A stretch of 52,150 nt of DNA, filler included, from Basidioascus undulatus (Eukaryota), in assembly GCA_000826855.1 (NCBI GenBank). It is 3 parts of 3 records of this genome, joined end to end, with 100 filler letters (N's around TTAATTAATTAA, not from the genome) between each part and the next. Parts side by side here need not be neighbours in the genome. Positions count along the whole stretch, not along the records: positions 1 to 17,349 come from JTLS01000538.1; 2 more parts are not named here. One strand, written 5' to 3'. The translations under genes and the position numbers were made by a program. This document shows positions 1-12,974 of this stretch, one piece after another (position 1 is the first letter of the stretch; every line of letters begins with the position of its first letter). The notes under the pieces are model-generated. The model did no database searches, was not told where the DNA came from, and was given only the letters and a program-made list of their open reading frames with translations.

Positions 1-1
1 G

Positions 2-70
2 GGGTGGTCGGGCAGGCCCCACGCGCACACGACGTTCGGGCCTCGTGAGGACGGTCAGTATGGCTTGTGA
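2..70 (+). CDS. possible 3' end of a gene running in from outside the window
   Basis: Open frame GWSGRPHAHTTFGPREDGQYGL* ends at TGA 68-70. No family motif recognised. Confidence 0.25.
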   Translation, partial: GWSGRPHAHTTFGPREDGQYGL

Positions 71-583
71 TTAGGTATCTGCTGCTCGAGATGGGGACAC
101 AGTGCGGATGCAGCCGCGGCGGGGGAGCGGTTGACTGTACGGGTGGGGATAGTCATGCAGATCCGTTCGAATCTGCTAGCGGAAGTGCACGAGCTCGTGG
201 CACTCGATAACTGAATGCGGAGCTGAGAGTTGGTTACTGCGGTCGTACTTGGGTGATCCGGACGATGTGGCTGGCTGTGACCTAGATTAGAAACCTGGTT
301 GAACGATTGGTAAGACTTGAGGAGACCGCAGGGAGGGCCCTCGACCAGCTTCCCTGACTGGGGAATGCGAAGGCGCGTACCACGATACCACGACACCAGT
401 CGATGCGCCTCACGGCGATCCACTGACCAAGAGTAAGGCAAGACCAACATTTGTTCGCTGTGAGAGTACCATCAACAAAACATCATGCATGCTCAACAGT
501 GGTACTATCGCAACTCCACCGCCCGCTGCTATATCGATCAAGCTCAACAAGTCTCCTCATCGTCCCATCTCGTACCCCGTCGC

Positions 584-2220
584 TCAGTCATCCTCGTGCC
601 CGACCCTCTGAAGCAACCACGCCCTCGTGCGCGCCCACCTCCCCACTCCGCCAGGCGGTGGCGTCCGCCTCGCAGCTGCGCGCCGCCGGTCTTCCGCACC
701 CACCTCGAGGATGGCCGTCTCGGTCGCGAAGAGCGCGCGCTCGGCAAGCTTACGCACGGCGAAGTATAGGGCGGTGAGAGTCCTGGAGGAAGGAAGGCAG
801 GATCACACCCGATAAGAACGTTAGTGGGAGCGCTGGGGATGCCTGCAGCAGTGAAAGGGTGGCGCACCTGACAACTCCGATGACAACGAAAAGGACGAGG
901 AAGAGGCTCGCGATGCGGTCGGGCCCCGCGCCGCGGCGGGCGGGGGAAGGGCGCAATGTGCGGATGTTGAGTGGAGAAAAGAAGGGGAACGTGAACGCGA
1001 GGGAAAGGAACGAGAAGATACCGACGACGGAGAAGCCGAGGCTTAGGTGCTTGGCGAAGCGGTATAGCATTGAATCGCGTCTGCGCGCCGCAGGCTGGGG
1101 CGAGTGGTCGCCCGCCTTGTCCGGGTGCCGCGCGAGGCGACGGCCGAAGGCCGGAAGCGCGGGCGGGGGCTCAGCGGCGCCGGGGGACGTCTGGAGGAGC
1201 GTAGATGGCTCGGAGAAGAGCTGAACGGCTTGCTTCGCCATGGAGAAGTAGGCGGCGGGCCCGGACGTGTAGAGGAGGACGTCGGTGACGGACTCGGGAG
1301 AGGATGCGGAGGGGAGAGAGGACTCGAGCGGAGGTGAGAGGGTGAGGACGTAGGAGCCGAGGTAGCCCGCCAGGAAAAGGAGGAGCGTGAAGAGGGTGAG
1401 CGTGAGGAGGAGGAGGATGACTGGGGGAAGGAGGCGGGGTATTTAGTAAGGATGGAGAAAGTGTGGACCGGGTGGGAGGCTGCGCACTCGGGTTCGTGGA
1501 CAAGTTCGACGCCATCGTGCGCGAGAAGTGGTACCGACTGCGATGCGCCATATCTGGTCAGAAAGAGGCGATGTCAAGGAGCAAAGGAGAGAGAACGCAC
1601 TACCCGCACTGCGAGCACTTGTAGAAAGCCGTCTTGTTTCGGCTCGACACTCGCCATTGGTGAAGACACGAAACGTGGACGTGCTACCGCAGAGCGTCCG
1701 TGAGCGCCTTTTCTATGGAATGGACAGCGAATCCGAGCGTACACGCATGGTGCCGGCGCAGAGACATGGAGAGAACAGACGGCCCATGGCAGGGTCCTCG
1801 CCCGTACTGCCAAACGACCCTTCAGCATCACACGGCACAAGGCATCGCATACGAGATTGGCACGACTCACAGGCAAATCCTGCAGATGCGGTCGTCCTCG
1901 CCGTCCTCAGGCTCCGCCTCTCCGTTCACCTTGGCATGTTCATGTCCGTGCTCGTGTCCCTCCGCCTCCTCAGTCGGCCCGTTCCCATCCTCCTCCTTTC
2001 CCATCTCCTCCTTCCTCTCCTCCTCTCCTACCGCATCTTCGCCCAGCCCCTTCTTCGGACCCTCCCCCTCCGTAGGCGTCGTCGGGAGGCTCACGAAGTC
2101 CTCGACCCACTCCGCCGACGAGCGGCGGGAGAGCGTCGGTCTTGGTGGCGGGGCTGTCGCAGCGGACGACGGGCCTGCCACGTCCGGCGCTGAGAGGTCC
2201 GCGGGCGGCGGGGAGTCCAT
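584..2220 (-). CDS. RING-CH (RINGv) membrane E3 ubiquitin ligase, multi-exon
   Basis: Spliced translation gives an acidic N-terminus, then RICRICL..GRLFSPCLCAGTMRHVHVSCLHQWR..CSQC (C4HC3 RING-CH). Hydrophobic segments follow (LGFSVVGIFSFLSLAF, LFLVLFVVIGVV), and the C-terminus is ETAILEV..GHEDD* with the stop at 584-586. GT-AG introns interrupt the RING. Confidence 0.85.
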
Positions 2221-3406
2221 CTCTGCTGAGAGCAGGCTGATCGTATGCTGTAAAATGCAGGAGGAGATGTATGGTTTGTGTGATGAGACGTTGGAAGATT
2301 ATGGAGCGGAGCGAAGCCGTCTTGTGCCAGACTCGGCGGCCGCCATCCGATCACATGGGAATGAATCGGGCTATCTCGCAATCGCCAAACACATCACAGG
2401 AAAGTGACCGCTACAGTTTGGCTGTAGGCTTGGTTGCCTCTGTACAGCTATTTTGTCGGTGCTTAAAGCTATCTAACAGCTGATCCACCTAAAGAGGTGC
2501 TGAGAAACAGAACCGTCGACCTTCAAGTTGGCCCAAGGCAGCCTGAAAGTCGAAGTCGAAACGGTGCATATTTGATCCTCTGAAAGACAACACACATTTC
2601 ACCACATGGGAGAAATGCTGAAGGAGTTCCAGATACGACTTTTATAAGTTACGCGATGCTGGCACGCAGCCTGAGCGATGTGTGGCCACAGATCCGTGCA
2701 GGCATTCTGCTGCTGACGTGGAAGGCAATTCTGTGTCCATGTTCGGCTCAGGCCTTAAGGCCCTGGTGTGCTCAAGTTTCACTCTTGGAAGAACAGAACA
2801 GGGCTTACAGTGGCCTGCTCATCCATGCGAGGCTAGGTTCGAGCGGTCCCAGTTTTGCTAAGCCGTAAAGGCAGCGGCACGGCAGTTCTTCTGGCCCGAA
2901 TACACATATCTCATAAGGTAATACTTCTCACCAAGCGGCTTATATCTCCACCATATTCATTTATATATAACAACAATCGGTGGTCAGTCTGTGGTACCCC
3001 CCCTGGCGTCCATTCGCAAGCCTTCAAGTCTAGCTCGCTTTTGATCTTGCTTGCAGCCATGTACGAACCTGCCATAGGTACAGGACTACATTTCCCAAGA
3101 ATACATACTAGCAAGAGTAGTAAATCCCTGTCGGTCGAGATGGCAAGAATCAGAAGGTCTGATACGACGCGCACTTTCGTGAACACACCAGTGCAATGTT
3201 ACACGAGCCAGCCCCACATCCCTGAACAACTAGCAATTAACTTCCTAGATTTGGATCAATTCCCAAATGGAGCACGCTTGTAATGATCCTCTCGATTGGT
3301 TGCGTGCCGTGCAAGGTTTGATGCTTCCGTTAAATCTCCCGTTCTTGATCCAACTGCGCCGTTGCCTCCGGTCCGCATCCCCACTCCCCTCCCCCAGAGT
3401 CTTGTA

Positions 3407-4709
3407 ATGCGCTCCCCGTCCTCCTTCATTTCTTGCTTACATGCACCATCTCCCCCAACCTCATCCGCGAAGTCTCGAACGAATCCTTCGGGCTTCAAGC
3501 CTTCCTTCCCTACTTTCTCTGTGTTGTCGCACTGGCTCTCCCGACCTCGTCCTCGTCCCTACGCCCATCTCGAACCATCATCCTTCCCTTAATCCTCATC
3601 TCCACTCTCACCGCTACCATCTCCGGCCAGGAACTGCCGTCCCGGAGAGCGTTGGAGCGTGCTCGGCCACCTCTTCCCGCTTCTTTTGCGCGCAGTCGAT
3701 GCGCTCCTCCTCTCCGGGAGCCCGCACCAGGCATTCGTGAAGATCGATCAGCCTCCTCGGGCTTTAGAAAGCTGGTGAAGCCGCCTCAAGTGGAGCACGA
3801 GCTTCTGGATCAGCATGCGCGGAATCGGATGGAACCGGAAGGTCCGTGGTGTCCCACCCGCCCCGGCGAAGGGCACGTCGAGCGCGCTGTACGTCTTCCG
3901 GCAGCGCTCCTGGCGCTCAATTCCATCTGCTTCGACGCCCTCAACCTCATCTTCCAACATACACCCGCTCTCCTCTGGCCGGGTCCCGACGCGCCCTTAC
4001 ACTCGCACCCGCTCTGGGCCTACCCGCTTTTCATGTTTCCGCTCTTCGCGCGGGTCCTCCTCGGCACGCCTTGGCTCAAGCTCACTGTCAGTCCGCTTTT
4101 CGTGGCGCTTAGGGTGTGGCACCCCGAGGACTTCCTGCCGACGTTTGGAGATTGGCGGGATTGGTGGTGCTTGCGGAACTTCTGCGCAAGGTCGTGGCAT
4201 GCGACGTGTGGAAGAGGCCTTTTACGGCGCTGCCGAGGGCGCTCTTCCGCAGGCTCGGAATGCCGGAGGGGAGGTCATGACCCCTTTCGTTCGTAATCAC
4301 TGGGTTTTTGAGTTCTGAATACCCTGATATGAGCTCTAGGCACTGACTAACTACTCATCCCGACGCGGCAGTACCACGGCCTGATGGACTACACGCTCTC
4401 CCCCGCGCCTTGGCGCGGCTGGTGCTCCCTACTCTGATCTCCCTTCAGCCACTGGGGATATGGCGCGAATCGCGTCTCGGAGTAAGGCGTAATGCCTGGG
4501 GATATCTTTGGGTCGCCCTCTGGCTGTGTTTGACTGCTGTGCCTGTTGCTGAGGAGCTGTTCAAGCTCGGACTGTACCAGGACCGGTCGTTTTTCTACCA
4601 GGGAGGGCTGATGTGGGCTCTGGAGCGATGGGAATGTAGATGTGAACTGGAAACCTTAGAAGAGTGCGTGCGCGGTGTGGATGGTATTGCGGTCCGCCTC
4701 AGCCTGTAG
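3407..4709 (+). pseudogene. wax-synthase/TRI7-type MBOAT_2 O-acyltransferase, frameshifted
   Basis: Family-like motifs lie in different frames: FWISMRGIGWNRKVRGVPP (3815 frame); LPTFGDWRDWWCLRNFCARSWHAT, then WKRPFTAL after an extra TG at about 4206; YHGLMDY; LQPLGIW..GYLWVALWL. Several frame switches have no intron signals. The start is uncertain. Confidence 0.7.
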
Positions 4710-6119
4710 TATACGTGGTGGCGCTGTCCCGCACGAGGCGGAAAGACTGCGGTGTGCTGAAGAGTATCATAAGTCAACGGGTTAGGACCCGCCCTGTGTA
4801 CACCTCTCAATAAGTTAACTGGAAATGCTAACTAGCACACCCGTTTCAAGCAGACGGTCGGTCAAATGCAGTCCGGGTGGCCGGCAATCGCCGAGCCGCC
4901 CGCGTTGACACAAGTCTCAACGACTTCTGAAAGGACGGATCTTTCGCTAAGGGCTCTTAGGCATAACACATCCCCTCGGTCAGGCTTCGCAGTTGTTGTA
5001 CGTTCGAGTTGGAGCCGGTAACGAGCGGGCGGGAGCCGGCAAAGTCGTGTCGCTGGATCGGCTGATGTAGCAAAGAGCAGCACGGCATTGTCAAGCCAGT
5101 TGAGGACAGTATAAAACCAGGAGAGTGCTGTGGTCGTCTCAATATTAAATACGCCGGGTCTGCACTGCCGAAACGAGTTGGGTGCCTACTACACGCAGAC
5201 AGGTGAAAATACAGTCCGACAGGGGCGCCGACAGGCGTTCGCAAACGTACAGGGATTCCTGTTTCCGGACTATTCCGGTGGGCCGGACCAAATACACCGG
5301 CGACGCCGGCCTCTCGCGCTCTGGTTTATTTCAGAAAGAAGACGACCAGTTCGACTGATGTAGCATGAGCACCATCAAGTTCGTGTATAGCAAAATTGTA
5401 GATTTATTCGAGAAGTGTCCGAGAAGGTCCAGCTCGTTTCAAACATTACTACGCGAAATTCGTGCAACAGACGTTGAAGCGCAGTCGACAGTCGTTTCGC
5501 CAACCTTGTGTAGACGTCGCACGACACGGACACGATACCCGCATGCTCCCCTTGACATGTGCGGCTTCACGTGGAAGCCATGCCACTTTAATCAGTTACA
5601 TGTGGGATGTGCTCAATGAACTATCGGCGCCCTGATCAGATGGAGTTGTGCTTAGCCCGTTGAAGTTTGCCCTCAGACCTCCTCATGATGACAGCCAGTT
5701 TGCCACCGCACCCCAAGCAGAAATACGTCAGCTCACAGTCGAGGCTGCTCATTATCGGTCGGACGCGTTCTCGCCAAAGTTTTGCAGAACTGCAGGCTCA
5801 TATTTCACCAGGAGCTGAGCGTACACATGTGGGTGTTTCGGGGGCCGCAGGGGGCCGCTGGGGATGGAAGGGCATCGTCTTGATCGCCACTGCGTCATGT
5901 CTCCCCGCCCCTCGCTTCGGCCTTCTGCAAGAAGTTCGGGGAGTTCTCGGCATGATGCCCTGGCGCACGACGCCAGTGCCGGGATCCGTTCGCGATGGTC
6001 ACGGTCTAATTTTTGAAGATGCGCAGAGATGCGCTTGAAAGAAGCGCTGGACTGCGAATGGCGCATCGAAATTGCTGCCATTTTTCTTGCCCCGCTGGAA
6101 CCCCATTGCCCCCCAATGC

Positions 6120-6425
6120 CTCCAGGTTGGCCCCAATATGCACGGGAATATGCGGAAATGTCCTCCACAAGACTCCAGAAAAAACTGCAGCCATCCCCAT
6201 CTTTCCCTCATACAGACCTGACCCAAGGTGACGACAAAAGCTTGTCTCCTCGGAGTCGGAGGCGGGGCCTCATGTCCGGGCGGACCGACGGCCGCGGCTG
6301 TCACTGATACAACATACTGTACTTGTACTGCTTCGTTGTTTTATCGCGCTCATCGTGCGGGGCGTCTCGCTCATCGCTCACTGCGCTCCCCGCACCTCCC
6401 CGCCCTTAACCTGGACCATCCCCGC
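6120..6425. promoter_or_regulatory. cluster of SYGGRG (CreA/Mig1-type) motifs upstream of the sugar transporter
   Basis: CTCCAG 6120, CTCCAC 6163, CTCCAG 6173 (flanked by an A-run), GCGGGG 6262 and 6357, CCCCGC 6388, 6398 and 6420. They lie 250-560 bp upstream of ATG 6680. The motif is short and the genome is GC-rich, so support is weak. Confidence 0.3.
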
Positions 6426-6679
6426 CCCCTCATGCTTCTTCTTGTTGATGCCTGTCGATCCGAGTGCGGGTGCCGCCAAGGGGCGCTGACAAAAAGTGCG
6501 GGCGGATGAAAAGGCCCCTCATCTGCCCCATTCTCTCCCGTTCCTTCTTTACACCCCTCCGCCCTCAACCTTGCCTTCCTTTCCCACCTTACCTCCTCTT
6601 CTCCCTCCCCCCCCTCCTCCTCCTCACCTGCCGACACCCTCTCTCAAGTCTCAACAACCGACCTCTTACCTCCGTTAAC

Positions 6680-9478
6680 ATGGGCCAGTTCCACGTGAAG
6701 GGCCAGCCGGTTGGCGTGTCCAACATCGTCATCTCGGCGCTCGCGTCCATGGGCGGCTTCATTGTGAGCCACCCTGCTGAGCTCGCAAGGGAACAATTAA
6801 GCTGATAATCCCTTTATACCCCAGTTCGGATATGGTGCGATAATCTAGGCTGGTATAACCGAAATGATGATCTAACACATCGCCTTCTTCCACCAGACTC
6901 CGCTCAGGTACTTTGAAACCGCGAACCCGCCCCGCGACATGTTGCTGATGCAAGCCGCCACGCGCAGATTTCCCAAATGACTCTGATGGATGACTTCCTG
7001 GACCGATTCGGAGAGCCCGACCCGAAGAACCCTGGCGAGCAATACTTCTCCAACCCCGTTAAGGGAGCCATCGTCGGGTGAGCTCCTTCTCCGACTTGGG
7101 CGAGAAGACGAGCGACGCTGACACATGCGGTCTTGATAGTCTGCTCTGTGTTGGCGCTCTCTTCGGTGCTCTGGGCGGTGCCCCTGTTGCGGACAAGTGG
7201 GGCCGCAAGGCCGCCATTTCGCTCATGTGCTTCATCAACGCCGTCGGTGTCATTATCATCGTGAGCCTTCTTTTCTTTGCTCGGCCGGGCGTTCGTGTGC
7301 TGACGCTTGAGTAAAGGTCACTTCCCAACACAGTTGGGTTCAGATTGCAATTGGCCGTATGGTCGCTGGTTTCGGTATTGGCTCTCTTTCGGCCGGTGCG
7401 CTGCGTCTTCTTTTCTGGCCAGCGTGCGCATTCTGACCTCCAGCGTCATTTGGTGCAAAGTTGTCCCCATGTACCAGTCGGAGTGTGTCGCCGCGGTCAT
7501 CCGTGGTGCTTGCGTCGCCTCCTACCAGCTGTGCGTCTGCTGAGCTCACATGCCCCTTGTTAGCCTGTCTAACTTTCCACTCCAGCTTCGTCACTTTCGG
7601 TATTCTGATGGCCTACGTCTGGGCTCTCGGCACGCGCACCGTTGATGGCTCCGCCTCGTGGCGCATGTGAGTTTAGTATCATTTGGGACTGAGCTTTTCG
7701 CACGGGGTCTGACTGTATCCCGCCGAACAGCCTTACCGGTCTCGGTCTCGTCTTCCCCGTTTTCACCGGTTCCTTCATCTGGTTCATGCGTGAGTCTTCA
7801 ACAGCGCTCAAATCGCTTGATAGCGACCTGTCTAACAAACTGTCGGCTAACAGCGGAGTCGCCTCGCTGGCTCGTGAAGAACGGCCGGTACGACGAGGCC
7901 AAGCGTGCCCTTGAGACCATCCGTGGTGGCGACAGCCCCGAGGACCAGGCGACCATCGAGCACGACGTACTTGTTCAACAACCAAGTTTAATCAAATTCA
8001 AGCTCATGGCTATTTCCAACAGCTCTCCGACATCGTTGCCAGCGTCAAGCTCGAGGAGGCTGCTGGTGAGGGCACCTGGACCGAGTGCCTCTTCGGCAAG
8101 AAGGGTGTCTCCAAGCTCGCGTACCGCACCTACATCGGCATGGTCATCCAGGCTCTGCAGCAGCTTACTGGCGCCAGTAAGCTTTCGATATTGACTTTAA
8201 GTCGCCGAGGACGTAGGCTGACCTCGTTATCCCGCAGACTACTTCTTCTGTATGCCTGAAACCCCGGAGACACGCTAGTCTGCATGGTTGCTGACGTCCT
8301 TCCTGCGCCAGACTACGGAGCGACCATCTTCAGCGCTGTCGGTCTCAGCGATTCCATGGTCACGGCCACCATTCTCGGTGTTGTGTAAGCTCGCATTGAA
8401 CTGCCCTGCCTGCGTCGTCCAGCGGGCTGACGTCTTCGCTCAGCAACTTCGTCTGCACCCTCGCCGCGCTCGACCTCACCCAGCGCTTCGGCCGTCGTTC
8501 CTCCCTCATCGTTGCCGGTATCTGGCAGGCGATTTGGCTCAGTACGTCTATGTTCTTGCTATGCAAACGATTATTGTGCCTTGCGCTGGCCGACGTGCCA
8601 GACGCGGCGGCCAGCGCGGTACACGGAATCTCTTCTGCTTCGGCCAACTGATTTCTTCGTCGCGACCGCCAGTTGTCTTTGCGTCTGCTGGTACCTCTGC
8701 TGGTATTCCTGACGGCAAGCCCGATTCGGGCATGGGCAAGCTCATGATTGGTACGTCTCGTCTCAGCTGCATCGGGCGGGCACATTGGCTGACTTCGCCA
8801 CCTGTACAGTCTCTGGGTGCTTCTTCATTGCCGGCTTCGCTACCGTTTACGGTCCGATTCCTTGGGTTGTCGTCGGAGAGTCGTTCCCGATGAGCACGCG
8901 TGCCAAGCAGGCGGCCATCGCCACTGCGTCGAACTGGGTGCGTTTCTTCGTCTCTCGCCTCGCTCCCACCTCCAAATGACCTGGCTCACCTGGACACCCG
9001 TCTGCATTGTTATAATCGAATGTTAGCTCTGGAACTTCCTTATTTCCTTCTTTTCGGTGAGCAATTAAACAGGTTGCATAGTCTCCAGCGAGAGCCTGAC
9101 CTCAATCCTCGCCCCATAGCCCTTCATCTCCAACGACATCAGCTACGCGTACGGCTACGTCTTCGCGGGCTGCAACCTCGGCGCTGCCATCTTCACCTTC
9201 TTCTTCATCTATGAGACCGCTGGTCTCAGCCTTGAGCACGTCGATGCTATGTACGTTGTTGCGACTCTCCCGAAGTTCGTGCTCCCCCGGCTGATCAACC
9301 ATCCCACCCGCCCCTCATCAGGTACTCCACCAAGGGCCTCAAGCCTTGGCAGTCCGCCAAGTGGGTTCCCGAGGGCTACCTGGACCGCAACGGAGCGATC
9401 GGCGAGACCAAGCGCCACGACGAGAAGCAGCTCGAGAAGTCCACCGAGCCCGCTAGCTCGAGCGCGTCTACCGCATGA
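6680..9478 (+). CDS. MFS sugar porter, HXT/Ght-like hexose transporter (about 18 introns)
   Basis: Spliced protein: MGQFHVKG..ASMGGFIFGYDSAQISQ..ADKWGRK..VPMYQSE..PESPRWLV..LQQLTGANYFFYYG..GPIPWVVVGESFP..YETAGLSLE..KPWQSAKWVP. These are sugar-porter signatures. Stop TGA 9476-9478. Confidence 0.93.
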
Positions 9479-11369
9479 TGTTGTTTCACTCCTTAGACTA
9501 TAATGAACACTTTCGTTTCACCTGCATACGCTACATACTCGCATATGGCTTATTTCCTTTGCATGGATACCCCACTCAGAACGCTATCTTTTGAGTGTTG
9601 CGCTCACGCTGGTGCATCTTGACGCTTCGAGGGAGCTCAAGGGAACGCTCGGAAGGATCGGGTTCTCTTCTTCTGCTGCCGAAGGATACGCAAAGTCGTC
9701 ACCAACTCCTTGAACCAGAACAGATAGGTAGGTAGCAAAGGGAAAGTATGATGGCTGTCATAAGAAGCCAGGGAGGCAGTACCCCTGATATGGATGAGGG
9801 ACGATGACCGCAGGCTGCAGACATGCGTGAGCGGGCTCGATTCTTGCGGTGGACTTGCGCACAACATAACATTCTAGTATGGGAATTGTGAGAGGAAGCT
9901 GAATCGAAAGAATCTTAAGAACTGCTGCTTCATCAGTGTCCCGCTAAGATCACAGGAAGTGATTTCCGACACTGTCCGCGCCAGGATCAGTGTGAAGCAA
10001 GGGCAAACTTCACACCACAATGGAGGTCGAGCTCGCCATTCTGGAGTTTGGAGTGCCAGGGAATACTCTGACGCGTTTGTGCGATGACGAGAGCGCGTCG
10101 ACCGGAAGTCGCAGTGTGCGACGGTCCACTCCGACGCTTTGTACGTTCTTTCTCAGTTTAAGTCTCGCTAATGGCTCGGAATGATCTCTTGAGATAGAGG
10201 GCAGGAGTTCGACTCTTTTCAGTTGTATTGATGTCAATGCATCGTTTCGCAGGCGCTCTGAAGCGGGAAACGGGTAGTCACCCCGAGCAGGCTGTCGTGG
10301 TGGTAAGCACCGGGTGTAGCGTAGCACCATAGAAAGAGGCCTGAGACTAAATTCAGTCACAAAGTCAATCTTTCCATCCGTTGTAGGTACCCCTCGTTCA
10401 TTTGCTTGACAACGGCAGAATCAGGCGAACGTACCAACCGGGCCACACAGCCGCTTGCAGACATACACAGTCTTTTGAAATACAAGACAGAAAATGAAGT
10501 CAAGGAACTTCCTAATACCTATTGCTTTTTGGGGGCAGCTGACCCCGAAGCCAGTTGATCAGTCACCAACACAGCCTTGGGCTGAATGCTCGGGGGCAAG
10601 TCTCTTGCGATCCGCAGCGAATCGGCACAATATGGAGCTGGAGCCTTATGGATGCCTTTCAAGCTACACGCTCGGGCGGTTAATACCAAGATACGATCTT
10701 AATGCTCAGCTCTCCGATTTCGGAGTGCAACGCGCCCTGCTGTGAACCAGCGGGGTCGTTTGTCGTTTCGCATGGCACCGAGAAGTCTCAGGTACAGATA
10801 TGGGAGCCAGAAGGTTTAATTTGTAATCTGTACTGGTAATGATTATTAGAGAGGTTCAGCATTTCCAGCAAGGGAGGGTGCTGGTCGAGCTAGTTGGCAT
10901 TGTCCGTTGGTTCGGACCAAAAGCTGCAGTCAGACACACCGTGCTTTGTATGACCCATAAAGTCAACGTTTTTAAACAAAGGAAATACCTGAATCAGGTA
11001 CGTTCTGAAAGCTGGACTCAAAGGCTTGTGCCGAAGAAAAATGGGTTTGCTCCATTTCACAGCTGGCGCGCTGTCGCTGAACGACCCTGGAGTTGGGGCC
11101 TGATTTTCTTGCGACCAGGTGTGTTTGAAGCTCAGTTGAATCACCTCTGATATTCACCTGTAGTGGTGGAGCAAACTACGCCTAGGTCATAGACGACACA
11201 AACACCACGGGTCACAGGTCACTTGTCGTGCAGCCCGCGGCGGGCTGTGCCTCTCTCCCTTTTGCCACGACCAGCACCAGCACCAACCAGGACCCCACTT
11301 CGTCGCGCTCTGCCAAACGCATCGCAGATAACCCCGCTCGATCCACTCCCCTTTGATTGAAACTGCGCC

Positions 11370-12468
11370 ATGGTTTCACTTTCGAATCTCCCGCACGAGT
11401 CACTGGGCGAGATCGCTTCGCACCTTCCCCGTACACGAGGCGCTATGTCGACGGTCGCGTCCCTTCGAACGCAGACTTGCGCGCCTTCTCACTCGTCAGT
11501 CGGGATGCTCGGCGCACTTCTCTTCATTCCTCTTTTACTGCGTGAAGATCAGCTCCTTTGAGCAGTTCCCATTCTTCTCGTCCGATGAGGGGCACGGCAG
11601 GCTGATCAGGTGCCGCGCGGCGCGACTATTACCACTCGTTGCGATGCTCACTTCCGGTTAAACAGCAAGCTTGAGATCGAAGATTTTCCTAATCTTCGCC
11701 CCTTGGTACGGCCTCTGGTACCCCCCCTGAACGGGTTGCTGCGCAAGTGCGGCGCGCTGCACGCGCTCTGGCTGCTTGCGGACGTGGACACAGACCTTTG
11801 CGCTGGTCGGCTCATTCGACAGTATCGAGACCTTCTTTTACTGCGGCGACAAATTCGACCTGATGGTGCTGATTCCCGAATCTCAAGCACCTCAGCCCGG
11901 CGTCGGACGAAGGGGTCACGAGTCCGCGCGCACTTGCACAGCTTCTTGAAACGATCGCAAGCGTGTCGCGCCGTAGTCTCATTCTGACCTGTTCCGTTCA
12001 TCCTTACTGAGGAGAATACCATCTGCGCAGTTAAGAGGGCTCCTGATGTGCAATATCTCGAGGTGTATGTGGAGGGTGCTGCAGTTTACCAAGATGGCAC
12101 GCCGGTGCGTTGCGCCCCTTGCACGCAAACAACCTCAGTCCTCGCTAACGCGTCTCCCTCGTGGGTCCCTGGTGCCCAGCTCGACATCTTGCGAACGCTC
12201 TCCCCGCTCACTAGTCTACGGCGACTCGGCCCGACGGTTGCTTTTGATCGCCCCTGCGCACCCTTGCGCCGTACGTAGGCATCAATGACTTCCTGGAGAC
12301 GCTTTCCGAAGGGGTGAAGCCTTACAAGCAAGTCTTTCCGAATTCCGAGCTGCTCTGTTCGGGCGAATGGTATGACTAAGTGGTGTTCAGGGTTTGCGTG
12401 GAGGACGGGGTCGCGGCGGTCAAACTCGTTTGTCACGATTGTGACTGGGTTCATATCGAGGAGCGTTG
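11370..12468 (+). pseudogene. F-box-like protein gene relic
   Basis: MVSLSNLPHESLGEIASHL, DLRAFSLVSRDARRTSL and FLFYCVKISS read in three successive frames, matching the fungal F-box-like LPxE..I..L..LSLVSR..LF pattern. Downstream coding-like segments contain stops. The 3' end is approximate. Confidence 0.55.
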
Positions 12469-12974
12469 ATTTGGATGTTCCGCCGAAGATACTTGCGGGG
12501 CGCTAGATTGCGACGTCGATGCATACACGAATACCCCTTTCAACTTGAGTGCTCGTTCGTCCGGAACGGAGGACTGGGGAAAGCCACAGAACGACGCGTA
12601 GAGAATCTGTTCGGCAAGCGATCGTATTCACAGACATTCTCCACGCAACCTTTTGCGTAGTTGCCAGGTCAGGCAGACGTTCTACTCAGTTGGACTCGCA
12701 AGCGGCGACGCCACGCGCGTAACAGCGTCGTTACTTTTGTGCAAGCACCGACACAAATGTCTGGGATTATGCGCATGCGGAAAGTACGAGGGAATTAAGA
12801 CGAGGACGAGGTCCTTCCTTCCGATAAACGCGCTCGGTTGCCGTTCCTTTCCCAACCAGAAAGCACACCACGAAGGAGGCACAATAAACATCGTTCTTCC
12901 TCTCATCTCAACTCAAGTCCACCCTCGCGCCCTCTCCCAGCGCCCTACCGCGAAACCCATCCAACCGCACTCCA

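Noticed and set aside
10494..11150. YDLNAQLSDFGV resembling a protein-kinase DFG segment
   Set aside because: No HRD/HxDLK, APE or Gly-loop motifs are recognisable nearby. At best it is an unidentifiable relic.
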